Source of the DNA: Methanothermus fervidus DSM 2088
GTDB lineage: Archaea > Methanobacteriota > Methanobacteria > DSM-2088 > Methanothermaceae
DNA length: 32,000 bases
Direction of reading: 5' to 3'
Assembly (NCBI GenBank): GCA_000166095.1
Contig: CP002278.1
Coordinates: forward strand, 1,110,001-1,142,000
Part shown: positions 19,012-28,606 of the stretch, in pieces
How the letters are laid out: every line of letters starts with the position of its first letter
Numbering within the stretch: position 1 is the first letter of the stretch
Notes under the pieces: model-generated
Told to the model about the DNA's origin: nothing
The model's input: the letters and a program-made list of their open reading frames with translations, nothing else
The model's database searches: none
Program-made: the position numbers and the translations under genes

Positions 19012-19548
19012 CTATCCACTAATATTTTGACTTGGAGTTGGATGGCTTTCAGATGGAGTAGGCTGTTGATAACTTTCAGGCTGGTAACTAATAGTTGGAT
19101 GTTGATAGCTTACATATCCCTGGGTTTCATTGGCAGTGAAATTCTGTGTGACATTTGTTGCATTACTAATACTTTGTGGAAAGGCTGTTTCATTTACAAA
19201 TACAACCGGTGTATGTGGTGAAAATTTTAAAACATATAAGCCAAATGCACTTCCTATTGCAAATGCAAGTAAGATTGTAACTAATATTGAACTTTTTATT
19301 TTACTTCCTTTATCTTTGTAATCCAAGTAGCTTTCCTTAAGCTCTTTTTTTCTTTTTTCAACTTTTGGTTTTTCTTTCTTAGGACTTTTCATTTGTTCTA
19401 AACGATCTAGAATCTTTAAAGCCTTCAATTCACTAGTGTACTTATTTTTGAGATTCCTATAAACATCTTCAGAAATTTTACCTTCCTTAAAATCCTTTTC
19501 TAATTTTTCTAATTTTTTTTCTAAGTCCCTTTTGCTAATACCTACCAT
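19012..19548 (-). CDS. Membrane protein: SHOCT-like N-terminus, one TM, low-complexity extracellular tail
   Basis: LEKLEKDFKEGKISEDVYRNLKNKYTSELKAL, then ILVTILLAFAIGSAFGLYVL, then NATNVTQNFTANETQGYVSYQHPTISYQPESYQQPTPSESHPTPSQ. Confidence 0.7.
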   Translation of the reverse strand: MVGISKRDLEKKLEKLEKDFKEGKISEDVYRNLKNKYTSELKALKILDRLEQMKSPKKEKPKVEKRKKELKESYLDYKDKGSKIKSSILVTILLAFAIGSAFGLYVLKFSPHTPVVFVNETAFPQSISNATNVTQNFTANETQGYVSYQHPTISYQPESYQQPTPSESHPTPSQNISG

Positions 19549-19774
19549 CCCCTTCGGGATTTTGAAATAATAATAAAATTAAATTTTTTATAAAAAATTG
19601 AGCCCTAAGGCTTCATAAATTATATTCAAAAAATTTTGTAGGTAGTACTGTAATGCAATATAATATTTTGTCTCAATAATATAAAATTTTATCATAACTT
19701 CACTAATAAAACAAAAAGTTTTTTAGAGAAAATTCACATAAAAATCTCAAATATTTTTGGAGGGCATACATTTA

Positions 19775-20326
19775 ATGATTAAGATTGAATGTTATGATAA
19801 AAAAGGTGTTGAGGCATATGATCTCATTGTTAGACAGACAATTCAAGATTTACAATTAATTCATGCCATAAGAAATTTGAGGATATTCATGGATCCCAGA
19901 GAACCTGTTTTTATTATAATAGTAGAACCTGAGAAGACACCAGGACCTGTGTATCTTGATGATATATGTAGTTGGGAATACAAGGGCCCTAATCTTTACA
20001 TAAATGTTGAAAATGAAACATACTTACCAGATTTATTAAGAAAATTACGAGAATTAGGCATGGATGAGAAAGTCAGTCAGCCAAGCAGATTTGAGATAAT
20101 AATTGAAGATGCAGAAATTGATCCTAAAAAATTTATAGTCCGAGACCCTGCTGAAATATTGAGAATGAAAATTTATGATGCAATTTTTAGAATAATACCT
20201 GAAGGATTTAGAGTTATTGAAAATATATCTACTGACGAGTTAATAGGAATGGTTTGTAGTGATACAACGCTTAAAGAAGAATGGATAAAGAAAGGAAAAG
20301 CCATGATTGAGGAGATGAGGAGATAA
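19775..20326 (+). CDS. Methanogenesis marker protein 17
   Basis: MIKIECYDKKGVEAYDLIVRQTIQDLQL...MDPREPVFIIIVEPEKTPGPVYLDD; family-characteristic. Track start 19757, but ATG 19775 follows GGAGGGC. Confidence 0.82.
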   Translation: MIKIECYDKKGVEAYDLIVRQTIQDLQLIHAIRNLRIFMDPREPVFIIIVEPEKTPGPVYLDDICSWEYKGPNLYINVENETYLPDLLRKLRELGMDEKVSQPSRFEIIIEDAEIDPKKFIVRDPAEILRMKIYDAIFRIIPEGFRVIENISTDELIGMVCSDTTLKEEWIKKGKAMIEEMRR

Positions 20327-20328
20327 AC

Positions 20329-21183
20329 ATGACACCGCGTCAAACTAGATTTGCTCATTTTACTAAAGTACATCCTTGTTTTAATGAAAAATTGCATGAT
20401 AAGGTTGGGAGGATTCATCTCCCAATAGCTCCCAAATGTAACATCCATTGCAATTTTTGTGTAAGAGAAAAAAGTAAATGTAAAATTAGACCTGGTGTAA
20501 CGTCTAGGATAATGACAGTTGATGAAGCCATAAAACATGTAGAAAAAGTTACTAAAAAAATGAAAATATCTGTAATAGGCGTTGCTGGTCCTGGAGATCC
20601 ACTAGCAAATCCAGAAACCTTCGAATTTTTTAAAAAGGCTAAAAAAAAGTTTCCTAATCTTATAAAATGTTTGAGTACAAATGGATTGCTACTACCTGAA
20701 AAGAGTGAGGAATTAAAAAAATTAGGAATCAATACAATCACTGTAACTATAAATGCCATTGATCCCAAAATTGGAAAAAAGATATATTCATATGTTTTTT
20801 ATCATGGGAAGAAATATACTGGAGAAAAAGCTTTTAAAATATTATTAAAAAATCAACTTGAAGGAATAGAGAAAGTATCTGATAAAATATGTGTGAAGGT
20901 CAATACTGTGCTTATTCCTGGGCTAAATGATAAAGAGATTGTCAAAATTGCTAAAACTGTTAAGAAAAAAGGAGCTTCAATGATGAATATAATTCCACTC
21001 ATACCCTTAGGTAAAATGTCAAATTATAGAAGACCTACTTGTGAAGAGTTAGAAAAGGCTAGAAAAGAAGCTGAAAAAATAATACCTGTTTTTAGAGCAT
21101 GTAGTCAATGTCGTGCAGATGCATATGGAATTCCAGGAGGTAAAGATAAACATTTAGGAATGACACCATGGAGTCATTATTAG
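20329..21183 (+). CDS. nifB: NifB-type radical SAM FeMo/L-cluster biosynthesis protein
   Basis: HPCFNEK...HDKVGRIHLPIAPKCNIHCNFC radical-SAM Cys motif, GVAGPGDPLANPETF, LSTNGL, C-terminal CSQCRADAYGIPGGKD. Confidence 0.9.
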   Translation: MTPRQTRFAHFTKVHPCFNEKLHDKVGRIHLPIAPKCNIHCNFCVREKSKCKIRPGVTSRIMTVDEAIKHVEKVTKKMKISVIGVAGPGDPLANPETFEFFKKAKKKFPNLIKCLSTNGLLLPEKSEELKKLGINTITVTINAIDPKIGKKIYSYVFYHGKKYTGEKAFKILLKNQLEGIEKVSDKICVKVNTVLIPGLNDKEIVKIAKTVKKKGASMMNIIPLIPLGKMSNYRRPTCEELEKARKEAEKIIPVFRACSQCRADAYGIPGGKDKHLGMTPWSHY

Positions 21184-21184
21184 C

Positions 21185-22177
21185 ATGTTTGGAATTAAAG
21201 TGCATAAAAAAGACGCTCAAAAAGTGATAAAAAAATTACGTAAAAAATCATTGATATCTAAGGATTACAAAATAAAGAGAGATGACAATTTTGTATATAT
21301 ACCTATAAAAAAGATACCAGGAAATTTAAATTATGAAATAGTTGATATTGAGTTTGAGAAAATAAAAAAAGAGCCAAGATCTTTCATTGATTTATTAGAG
21401 GGTAAACTCAAAAAAGAAGAAATTAAAAAAATAAAAAAATCTTTTGACATAATAGGTGATATTGTCATTATTGAGGTTCCTGAAGAATTAGAAAAATATA
21501 AAAAATTAATTGGTAAGGCAGTGTTAGAATTTACAAAAAGAAAAGCTGTTTACATGAAAAAAAGTAAAATAAAAGGAATTAAGAGAATAAGAGATCTTGA
21601 ACATCTTGCCGGAGAAAAAATATCGGAAACCATACATCAAGAATATGGCACAAGAATAATGCTCGATGTAAAGAAAGTTTATTTTAGTCCGAGATTAGCA
21701 ACAGAAAGAGAAAGAGTTGCTAGTCAAGTTAAAGATGGTGAAGTTGTAGTAGATGCTTTTGCAGGTGTCGGTCCTTTTTCTCTTGCTATTGCAAGAAAAA
21801 AGAAAGCAAAAAAAATATATGCAATAGATATAAATCCTGATGCAATTCATTATCTTAAGAAAAATATAAAATTAAACAAAGCTTATGAGATAATTCCAAT
21901 TCAAGGAGATACTAGGAAAGTCCTTGAGGATTTGAAGATAAAATATGATCGTATAATTATGAATTTACCTGCTAAAGCTCACGAATTTTTAGATGTGGCA
22001 TTGAAATTTTTAAAAAAAGGTGGAGTAATACATTATTATGAATTTTCAAAAAATTTTGATACTCCTATTAATAGGATTAAAGAATATGCATCGAACGTCA
22101 AAATTCTCAATAAAAGAAAGGTAAAATCAAAAAGCCCAGGAGTATGGCATATAGCAATAGATGCAAAGATATTATAG
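21185..22177 (+). CDS. trm5: tRNA (guanine(37)-N1)-methyltransferase Trm5
   Basis: 330 aa; VYFSPRLATERERVASQVKDGEVVVDAFAGVGPFSLAIA, IDINPDAIHYLKKNIKLN, DRIIMNLPAKAHEFLDVAL. Confidence 0.93.
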   Translation: MFGIKVHKKDAQKVIKKLRKKSLISKDYKIKRDDNFVYIPIKKIPGNLNYEIVDIEFEKIKKEPRSFIDLLEGKLKKEEIKKIKKSFDIIGDIVIIEVPEELEKYKKLIGKAVLEFTKRKAVYMKKSKIKGIKRIRDLEHLAGEKISETIHQEYGTRIMLDVKKVYFSPRLATERERVASQVKDGEVVVDAFAGVGPFSLAIARKKKAKKIYAIDINPDAIHYLKKNIKLNKAYEIIPIQGDTRKVLEDLKIKYDRIIMNLPAKAHEFLDVALKFLKKGGVIHYYEFSKNFDTPINRIKEYASNVKILNKRKVKSKSPGVWHIAIDAKIL

Positions 22178-23101
22178 AGGGTCAACCAATCCTTTCTCTG
22201 TGATTATTTTGGTTATGAGATCACTGGGGACAATGTCAAAGGCAGGATTGATAACATCTACATTTTTTGGTGCAATCCTACATTTTCCATAATATAGAAC
22301 TTCTTTAGGATTCCTTTCTTCAATTTCAATTTCATTTACATTTGATTCTTCATCAAAGGTACTTGTGGGTGCTGCAACATAAAATGGAACATTATATCTG
22401 TTGGCTGAAAGGGCAATCATTAAAGAACCAATTTTGTTGATTACCCCTCCTTTGGCAACTCTGTCTGCACCAATTATAACTTTATCTATATACTTCTTTT
22501 GCATTAAATATCCAGCTGCACTATCTACAATAAGTTTTACATTAATTCCCTCTTGCTGCATTTCCCAAGTACTTAATCTAGCTCCTTGACCTAGTGGGCG
22601 TGTCTCAGTACATATAACCTCAATATTTTTTCCTTCTTCTTTTGCAGCCCTAATAACCCCTAATGCTGTACCATAATCTACACATGCAAGTGCTCCAGCA
22701 TTACAATGTGTTAAAATAACATCTCCATCTTCTATTAATTTAGAACCGTGTTTCCCAATTTTTTTGTTTGTCTCAACATCTTCTTTATAAATTTTCAGGG
22801 CTTCGTCTATAGGAGAATCAGAATTTACAACCCTATCTACAGCCCAAAACAAATTTATAGCTGTTGGGCGAGTATTTTTTATTTCTTTGGCGGCCTTATT
22901 TATATCTTCTCCATTTATTTGTGCTAATGCAACTCCAAATGCAGCTGCAACACCAATAGCTGGAGCACCTCTAACAACCATATTTTTTATTGCATAAACG
23001 ACATCTTTATGATTTTTACATTCAAAATAGGTAACCTCGTCAGGCAACTTTCTTTGATCTAAAAGTAGAAGTTTGTTATCTTCCCAAATGATTGTTTTCA
23101 T
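22172..23101 (-). CDS. mtnA: S-methyl-5-thioribose-1-phosphate isomerase family (MtnA-like)
   Basis: 309 aa; LLLLDQRKLP, VVRGAPAIGVAAAFGVALA, CTETRPLGQGARLSTWEM, VIIGADRVA..GGVINKIG. Confidence 0.9.
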   Translation of the reverse strand: MKTIIWEDNKLLLLDQRKLPDEVTYFECKNHKDVVYAIKNMVVRGAPAIGVAAAFGVALAQINGEDINKAAKEIKNTRPTAINLFWAVDRVVNSDSPIDEALKIYKEDVETNKKIGKHGSKLIEDGDVILTHCNAGALACVDYGTALGVIRAAKEEGKNIEVICTETRPLGQGARLSTWEMQQEGINVKLIVDSAAGYLMQKKYIDKVIIGADRVAKGGVINKIGSLMIALSANRYNVPFYVAAPTSTFDEESNVNEIEIEERNPKEVLYYGKCRIAPKNVDVINPAFDIVPSDLITKIITEKGLVDPL

Positions 23102-23123
23102 GTTATCTTTCCTCTATTAGTAG

Positions 23124-24182
23124 TTAAGAATGCTTTAACAAGCATTCTCTTCTTAACTTTAATAATTCTTTTTTCTTCTTTTCAAAGTCTTCAGGTTTTT
23201 TAACAATTTTTCTAATCTTTTTATGGATACATTCAACAACTTCATCTTTGTGGATCCAGAAACAATTTTCACAACTCCATACTTTCTTTTTTTTAATCCA
23301 ATATCCACCAGTTGATTGGTCACCACAGGGATAAAAAGGACAGAAACAAAACATACAATTTTGGTATGGGAAATGACATGGATAATATTCACATTCTAGA
23401 TTAGGACCTTTCTGAATTTTTCCTTCAAGGTATCTTTTGTAGTAATCACGTGCCAATTCATTAATTGGTTGTTTAATAACATAGCCTCTAGGAGTTATCA
23501 TGTAATTATTTTCTATGTATGTTAGTTTATTTCCAATAATTACAGTTGTTGACATGTCTATTTTTTCATTTTTTAAATTTTCAAGTTTAGTAATTTTCTT
23601 TTTTTCATTTCTAACAATTCCTACTGGTGTATCTGGTTTTAAATATTTGAGAAGCAAATCACAAACTTCAAAAAACAATTTTTTTCTTTTTTTGCTTGAA
23701 GGATTGTAAAGAACTATAATCATGTGGGATTTAGCTGCATGTTTAATTTTTTCTTTTATTTCATATACGGGTGTAAGTATGTCACTAAGACTTATTACAG
23801 CAAAATCATGTAGAGGTGCACCAACCTTAGATGCAGCATAAGTTGCAGCTGTAACACCTGGAATTACTTCTATTTCAAGGTCTGAATATTTTCCTATTAA
23901 TTGAAAAAGGACGTTTGCCATTCCATATACACCAGGATCACCAGAACTAATAAGTGCTACATCTTTACCTTCATAATGTTTTTGTATTGCTAATTCAGCC
24001 CTCTCTATTTCATCACCCATTCCTTTAACTATCACTTCTTTACCTTTAACTAAATCCTTTATCATTTCAATATATTTTTTATATCCTATAACTACATCAG
24101 ATTTTTTTAAAGCTTTCAAAGCACGCAAAGTTATATCTTCCCTACTAGGCCCTATACCAACAATTCTTATCAACAATATCAC
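23124..24182 (-). CDS. cobJ: Precorrin-3B/cobalt-factor III C17-methyltransferase fused to a C-terminal Cys-rich small domain
   Basis: [65 protein letters not shown]-terminal [56 protein letters not shown]. Confidence 0.92.
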   Translation of the reverse strand: MILLIRIVGIGPSREDITLRALKALKKSDVVIGYKKYIEMIKDLVKGKEVIVKGMGDEIERAELAIQKHYEGKDVALISSGDPGVYGMANVLFQLIGKYSDLEIEVIPGVTAATYAASKVGAPLHDFAVISLSDILTPVYEIKEKIKHAAKSHMIIVLYNPSSKKRKKLFFEVCDLLLKYLKPDTPVGIVRNEKKKITKLENLKNEKIDMSTTVIIGNKLTYIENNYMITPRGYVIKQPINELARDYYKRYLEGKIQKGPNLECEYYPCHFPYQNCMFCFCPFYPCGDQSTGGYWIKKKKVWSCENCFWIHKDEVVECIHKKIRKIVKKPEDFEKKKKELLKLRRECLLKHS

Positions 24183-24186
24183 CTAT

Positions 24187-24708
24187 CTATGACGATAATT
24201 TTGTTATGGAAATTATTTTAAGAGTGGCAACATCTATTCGAACTTTCTTGTCTTCAATAACCTTGCCTTTTGCAGAAGCTTTAATTAGGAATTTTTCACC
24301 AGGTTTAATTATTATTTCTCCACCTACATTAGTCATGTTTTCCTTAAAACCTGTGGCGGTAATATTTAAATCTACATTTTTTCCTATTTTAGCTCCATAT
24401 CCTACAACAATCATTGTATTTGTATCTATTCCATCTACCTTTGCAGCACTTCGTAGTGCATTAATGAGTTCAATTTTGTTTTCTACAACATAATTTTCAG
24501 GAGGTCCACGTAATACATTGGCTATTTTTTCTTTTATTCCATGAAGAGGCTTTAGCATGTTCAGTTGCATATTTATTAAATTATTTATATCTGGAGTTTG
24601 GGAAGTAACAAAGGTGTAAGATACGATTATCCCTAATTCGAAAAAAATTATGAATATTATCGCTAAGAACACTGTCCTTAAAACTGACAAGCTTATCACC
24701 TTTAACAC
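24187..24708 (-). CDS. Uncharacterised membrane-anchored protein
   Basis: 173 aa ORF with N-terminal TM VLRTVFLAIIFIIFFELGIIVSYTF, immediately upstream of cobJ on the same strand. Confidence 0.65.
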   Translation of the reverse strand: MLKVISLSVLRTVFLAIIFIIFFELGIIVSYTFVTSQTPDINNLINMQLNMLKPLHGIKEKIANVLRGPPENYVVENKIELINALRSAAKVDGIDTNTMIVVGYGAKIGKNVDLNITATGFKENMTNVGGEIIIKPGEKFLIKASAKGKVIEDKKVRIDVATLKIISITKLSS

Positions 24709-24775
24709 TTTTCAAAGATAATCTAGGCTATAATAATTTTTAAGCTAATAATTAATTAGCAAATATATTTTTGCT

Positions 24776-26188
24776 TTATGTTGCAGGAAGTTTTTCAACA
24801 GAAAGTACTTTAATTTTTGAGTTGTGTAAAACTGGCACTTGACCAGGAGTTGGTCTTATATTATGTATTTTCTGGAATTCTGTCTGTTCCTGAAAAGTAC
24901 CTGAATTTATTAAATGTATACCTTTATATTTTTTATAGTCATTTATATGTACATGTCCAGCATGGAAAATATCTGGAATAGTATCAATCACAAGATGATC
25001 TTCTGGTTCTGGAGCTATTGGAGTTCTAAGTCCATATATTGGTGCCAAATGTCTTTTTTCAAGTAATTCTGCCATTATTTCAGCAGGTTTATCATGTGAA
25101 AAATTAGCTGATATTGCCATATCGTCAAAACTTCTACCATGATATATCATAATTTTTAACCCATCAATACATATAATAGAAGGATTGCTAACAAATTCTG
25201 CATTTGGTAGATCATATAAGGCTTTAGCATATTCTTTTTCTAGGGGTTGTTGAGGTTCTGCAATTCTTGAGGCATCGTGGTTTCCAGGAGCTATTATTAT
25301 TTTTATATCCTTCCTTATCTCTCCTAATAAGCGTGCAGCTTCCTCATATTGTCCTTCGATATCTTTTATTGCCAGTTCTTTTTCTTGCCCCGGATATATA
25401 CCTACACCGTCAACAATGTCTCCAGCAATTATAATATATTCAATTTCTCCAGCTATATTTCCCCCTTCATTTATCCATGATATTAGTTTTTCAAAGGAAT
25501 TTTCAAGAAATTTAGAACTACCTATGTGTAAATCCGAAAGAAAGAGTATTGTACAATTTGAATTTTTTTCTTCGATTCTGGGAATTCCTGGTTGTATAAT
25601 CTCTGAAGCAGTGACAAATCTTCCATTTTTTTTGCCTATGACGCCTATTACTTCATCTTGCACTATATTTTCAGTTTTTTTAAACAAATCCCCATCTTTA
25701 TTTACAAATACTATACATTTACCAGTTTTATCTTCCAGTTCAATAATTTTATGATTTTTTTTGGTTGTCCTAACTTCATTTACAATTCCAGCTATTTTTA
25801 CTTCATTGTCACCAATATCTTTTATGTCTACAATTTTACCAAGTCTTTTTTCTAGTAACCCTCTCAACTTTTCATATCTATTGTGAAAATAATTAAGTAA
25901 ATTTTTGATATCTCCATCAGAATTTAGACTTTCAATATTCTTTATTATCTCCAGTTTGCTTCTCTTTTTCTTAATTTTTATTTTAGGAACTTGAGGTTTT
26001 TTCTCTATAAATACCTCTTCTACAATTTCATTAGTTATCAATGGAAATTCTAAATTTCTTTCAACATAATCTTTCAGTTTAGAAATTATTTCTTTATCAC
26101 TATTATCTAGATCTTTGAGTTTTTCATAAGCCTCTGGAGTAATCAATATATCATTCTTACTTAATTCTTCTAATAAATTAGATCCCAT
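24776..26188 (-). CDS. polB: DNA polymerase II (family D) small subunit, DP1
   Basis: 470 aa; OB-fold then calcineurin-like phosphoesterase motifs LFLSDLHIGSSKFLE, IIIAGDIVDG, IIIAPGNHDASR, FHAGHVHINDYKKY. Confidence 0.95.
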   Translation of the reverse strand: MGSNLLEELSKNDILITPEAYEKLKDLDNSDKEIISKLKDYVERNLEFPLITNEIVEEVFIEKKPQVPKIKIKKKRSKLEIIKNIESLNSDGDIKNLLNYFHNRYEKLRGLLEKRLGKIVDIKDIGDNEVKIAGIVNEVRTTKKNHKIIELEDKTGKCIVFVNKDGDLFKKTENIVQDEVIGVIGKKNGRFVTASEIIQPGIPRIEEKNSNCTILFLSDLHIGSSKFLENSFEKLISWINEGGNIAGEIEYIIIAGDIVDGVGIYPGQEKELAIKDIEGQYEEAARLLGEIRKDIKIIIAPGNHDASRIAEPQQPLEKEYAKALYDLPNAEFVSNPSIICIDGLKIMIYHGRSFDDMAISANFSHDKPAEIMAELLEKRHLAPIYGLRTPIAPEPEDHLVIDTIPDIFHAGHVHINDYKKYKGIHLINSGTFQEQTEFQKIHNIRPTPGQVPVLHNSKIKVLSVEKLPAT

Positions 26189-26238
26189 GTTTTCTAGAAC
26201 TCCTCATGATAATTAAAATTAATTTTCAAAAAAAGTAA

Positions 26239-26310
26239 TAGTCCCGGGCGGAGTCGAACCGCCGTCACCGGGTCCAAAGCCCGGCAGGATTACCACTACC
26301 CCACGGGACT
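26239..26310 (-). tRNA. tRNA-Gln (anticodon UUG)
   Basis: Minus strand AGTCCCGTGGGGTAGTGGTAATCCTGCCGGGCTTTGGACCCGGTGACGGCGGTTCGACTCCGCCCGGGACTA: acceptor AGTCCCG/CGGGACT, anticodon stem CCGGG-CTTTGGA-CCCGG, T arm GGCGG-TTCGACT-CCGCC. No encoded CCA. Confidence 0.97.
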
Positions 26311-26447
26311 ATATGAAATATCAGTCAGTAAAATTATGATATAAATCTTATTAATAAATTTTACGGTGAGGTAGATTGTAAATTAAAGCCTTTACTACAA
26401 AAAATTTTTAGAAGATCTCTCAAAACTTTTATAAAAATGAGTTTCAC

Positions 26448-26467
26448 TTATAACTTATAAGTTATAA
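26448..26467. repeat. 20-nt perfect palindrome within 7-nt tandem repeat (ACTTATA)n
   Basis: TTATAACTTATAAGTTATAA equals its own reverse complement. Surrounding ACTTATA ACTTATA AGTTATA ACTTATA. Confidence 0.9.
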
Positions 26468-26659
26468 CTTATAACTCTCTAAGTTTGACTTAAATCAATG
26501 ACTTTAAACTGTCAGATAAATAATTTTGGTTATGAAAAATTAACTCAACTAATTTTACAAAATTGTTTTCCCTAAATGTTGTGTGTTATCCAACAGAAAT
26601 TTATAACCCAAAATTAATAAATTTATAGTTTGATAAAATAAAAAATTCATGGTGATCGT

Positions 26660-27322
26660 TTGTTAATAAAACAACGATTTGTATTAGATACTAGTGCATT
26701 TACAGATGTTGAATTGAGAAATAAACTTGGCGATGGTGATTTAACTAAAACAATAGAAAATATGGTAGATTTAATTGCTAAAGCTAGAACAAAGCTTAAT
26801 ATAAGTTGTCACATGCCTCCAGTTACATATAAAGAATTAATAGATTATATATCCCTATATGATTGTCCAGAAGAAATTAAAACAAGATTAGATACATGGA
26901 TTGTCAAAAAAACGCCTAATCGTTATGAAACCAAAATACCTTCTCAAATATTCTATGAATATGTGAGAGACATGAGAGAAAGAATTAATAAAGGCATGAA
27001 AATTGCTGAGGAGATGATTTGGGAAGCTGCAACAGAATCTCTAGTCATGAAATCAAGAGGACATGAAAGACAAAAAATAGAGGTTAATACAATTGGAGAA
27101 GCAATAAGAGAATTTAGAAAAAAATATAGATCAGCGTTAAGAAAGGGGACACTTGACAGTGCTCCAGATTTGGATGTACTTTTATTGGCTAAAGAGTTAG
27201 ATGCAGGTGTTGTAGCAGCTGATACAGGAATTAAATCATGGGGGGAAAGATTAGGGTTAAGATTTCTTGATGCTACATCTTTTCCAAAAATGATTCAAGA
27301 ATATCTAAAGTATTATAGATGA
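26660..27322 (+). CDS. RNA ligase partner protein (PIN-domain family)
   Basis: RFVLDTSAFTDVELR...KARTKLNISCHMPPVTYKEL, DLDVLLLAKELDAGVVAADTGIKSWGERLGLRFLDA. TTG start behind GGTGAT. Confidence 0.88.
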   Translation: MLIKQRFVLDTSAFTDVELRNKLGDGDLTKTIENMVDLIAKARTKLNISCHMPPVTYKELIDYISLYDCPEEIKTRLDTWIVKKTPNRYETKIPSQIFYEYVRDMRERINKGMKIAEEMIWEAATESLVMKSRGHERQKIEVNTIGEAIREFRKKYRSALRKGTLDSAPDLDVLLLAKELDAGVVAADTGIKSWGERLGLRFLDATSFPKMIQEYLKYYR

Positions 27323-27334
27323 TGGGGGACATGC

Positions 27335-28606
27335 ATGGAATTAAGAAAACCTAGAGGGACTAGGGACTTTCTATTTGAGGACATGGAATTAAGAAAAAAT
27401 GTAGAAATGAAATTACGTAATGTGTTTGAAAGATATGGGTATCGTGAAATTAAGACACCAATTTTTGAGCATTTAAAACTTTTCACAATTAAATCTGGAG
27501 AAGAAATAAAAGAACAAATGTACCACTTTAAAGATAAAGGTGGTAGAAATTTAGCACTAAGGCCTGAATTAACAGCGCCTATAGCACGTCTTTATGTAAA
27601 TAAATTACAAAGATTTCCAAAACCAATAAAAATGTATTATTTTGGTAGTTGTTTCCGTTATGAAAGACCTCAAGCAGGAAGATTTAGGCAGTTTTGGCAG
27701 TTTGGATGCGAATTGATAGGTGGAAAATCACCTGAAGCAGAGGCTGAAACGATTGCCTTGGCATATGATTGTCTTAAGGAACTTGGACTTAAGAATTTTA
27801 AAATACATATAGGACATATGGGTATAGTAAGAGGAATGCTTGAAGAAAATGGTGTTAAAGGTGAAAAGCAGGATCATATAATGACTTTGATTGATAAAGG
27901 AGATAAAGAGGAGTTATCTAGATATTTAAATGAGATATCATTTCCTAGTGAACTTCAAGAACTTTTATTTTCATTAATTGAAATGAAAGGGGATTCTAAA
28001 ATATTAGATGAAATTTTAGATATTGTGGGGTACAGGAGATCTGTCGAGGCTATACAAGAATTAAAAAATTTAGAAAGTTTATTGGAAGTTTTTGGCGTGA
28101 AAAATTACCTTATGGATCCAGGCATTGCAAGAGGTCTTGACTATTATACAGGTATAGTATTTGAAATATATATTTCAAAAACTCAGATATGTGGTGGAGG
28201 AACATACAATCTAATTGAATTATTTGGCGGTGAAAAAGTAGAATCAACAGGTTTTGCATTTGGGTTTGATAGATTAGTTGAGGCAGTTGGAAATAAAACA
28301 GAAAAATTTTCTTTCGCAGATGTTTTCGTAGCTCCAGTATCAGATGAAACAAGAGAAGCAGCTTTCAAAATTGCACAAAAAATTAGAAAATCCGGAATAT
28401 CAGCAGATGTAGACTTGTCCCGACGCAAATTAGGAAAATTACTTTCATATGCAGATCATTTGGGAGTTAAATACACAATAATTGTTGGTAAAAAAGAATT
28501 AAAACAAAAAAGAGTAACTGTTAAAGACATGGAAAGTGGTGAACAAAAAGAAGTTCAAATTGATGACTTATCTGATTATTTAAGAAGGGGGCTCAAAAAA
28601 TTTTGA
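27335..28606 (+). CDS. hisS: Histidyl-tRNA synthetase
   Basis: 423 aa; KPRGTRDFLFEDME, motif 2 YFGSCFRYERPQAGRFRQFWQFG, LDYYTGIVFEIY, GGGTYNL. Confidence 0.97.
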   Translation: MELRKPRGTRDFLFEDMELRKNVEMKLRNVFERYGYREIKTPIFEHLKLFTIKSGEEIKEQMYHFKDKGGRNLALRPELTAPIARLYVNKLQRFPKPIKMYYFGSCFRYERPQAGRFRQFWQFGCELIGGKSPEAEAETIALAYDCLKELGLKNFKIHIGHMGIVRGMLEENGVKGEKQDHIMTLIDKGDKEELSRYLNEISFPSELQELLFSLIEMKGDSKILDEILDIVGYRRSVEAIQELKNLESLLEVFGVKNYLMDPGIARGLDYYTGIVFEIYISKTQICGGGTYNLIELFGGEKVESTGFAFGFDRLVEAVGNKTEKFSFADVFVAPVSDETREAAFKIAQKIRKSGISADVDLSRRKLGKLLSYADHLGVKYTIIVGKKELKQKRVTVKDMESGEQKEVQIDDLSDYLRRGLKKF

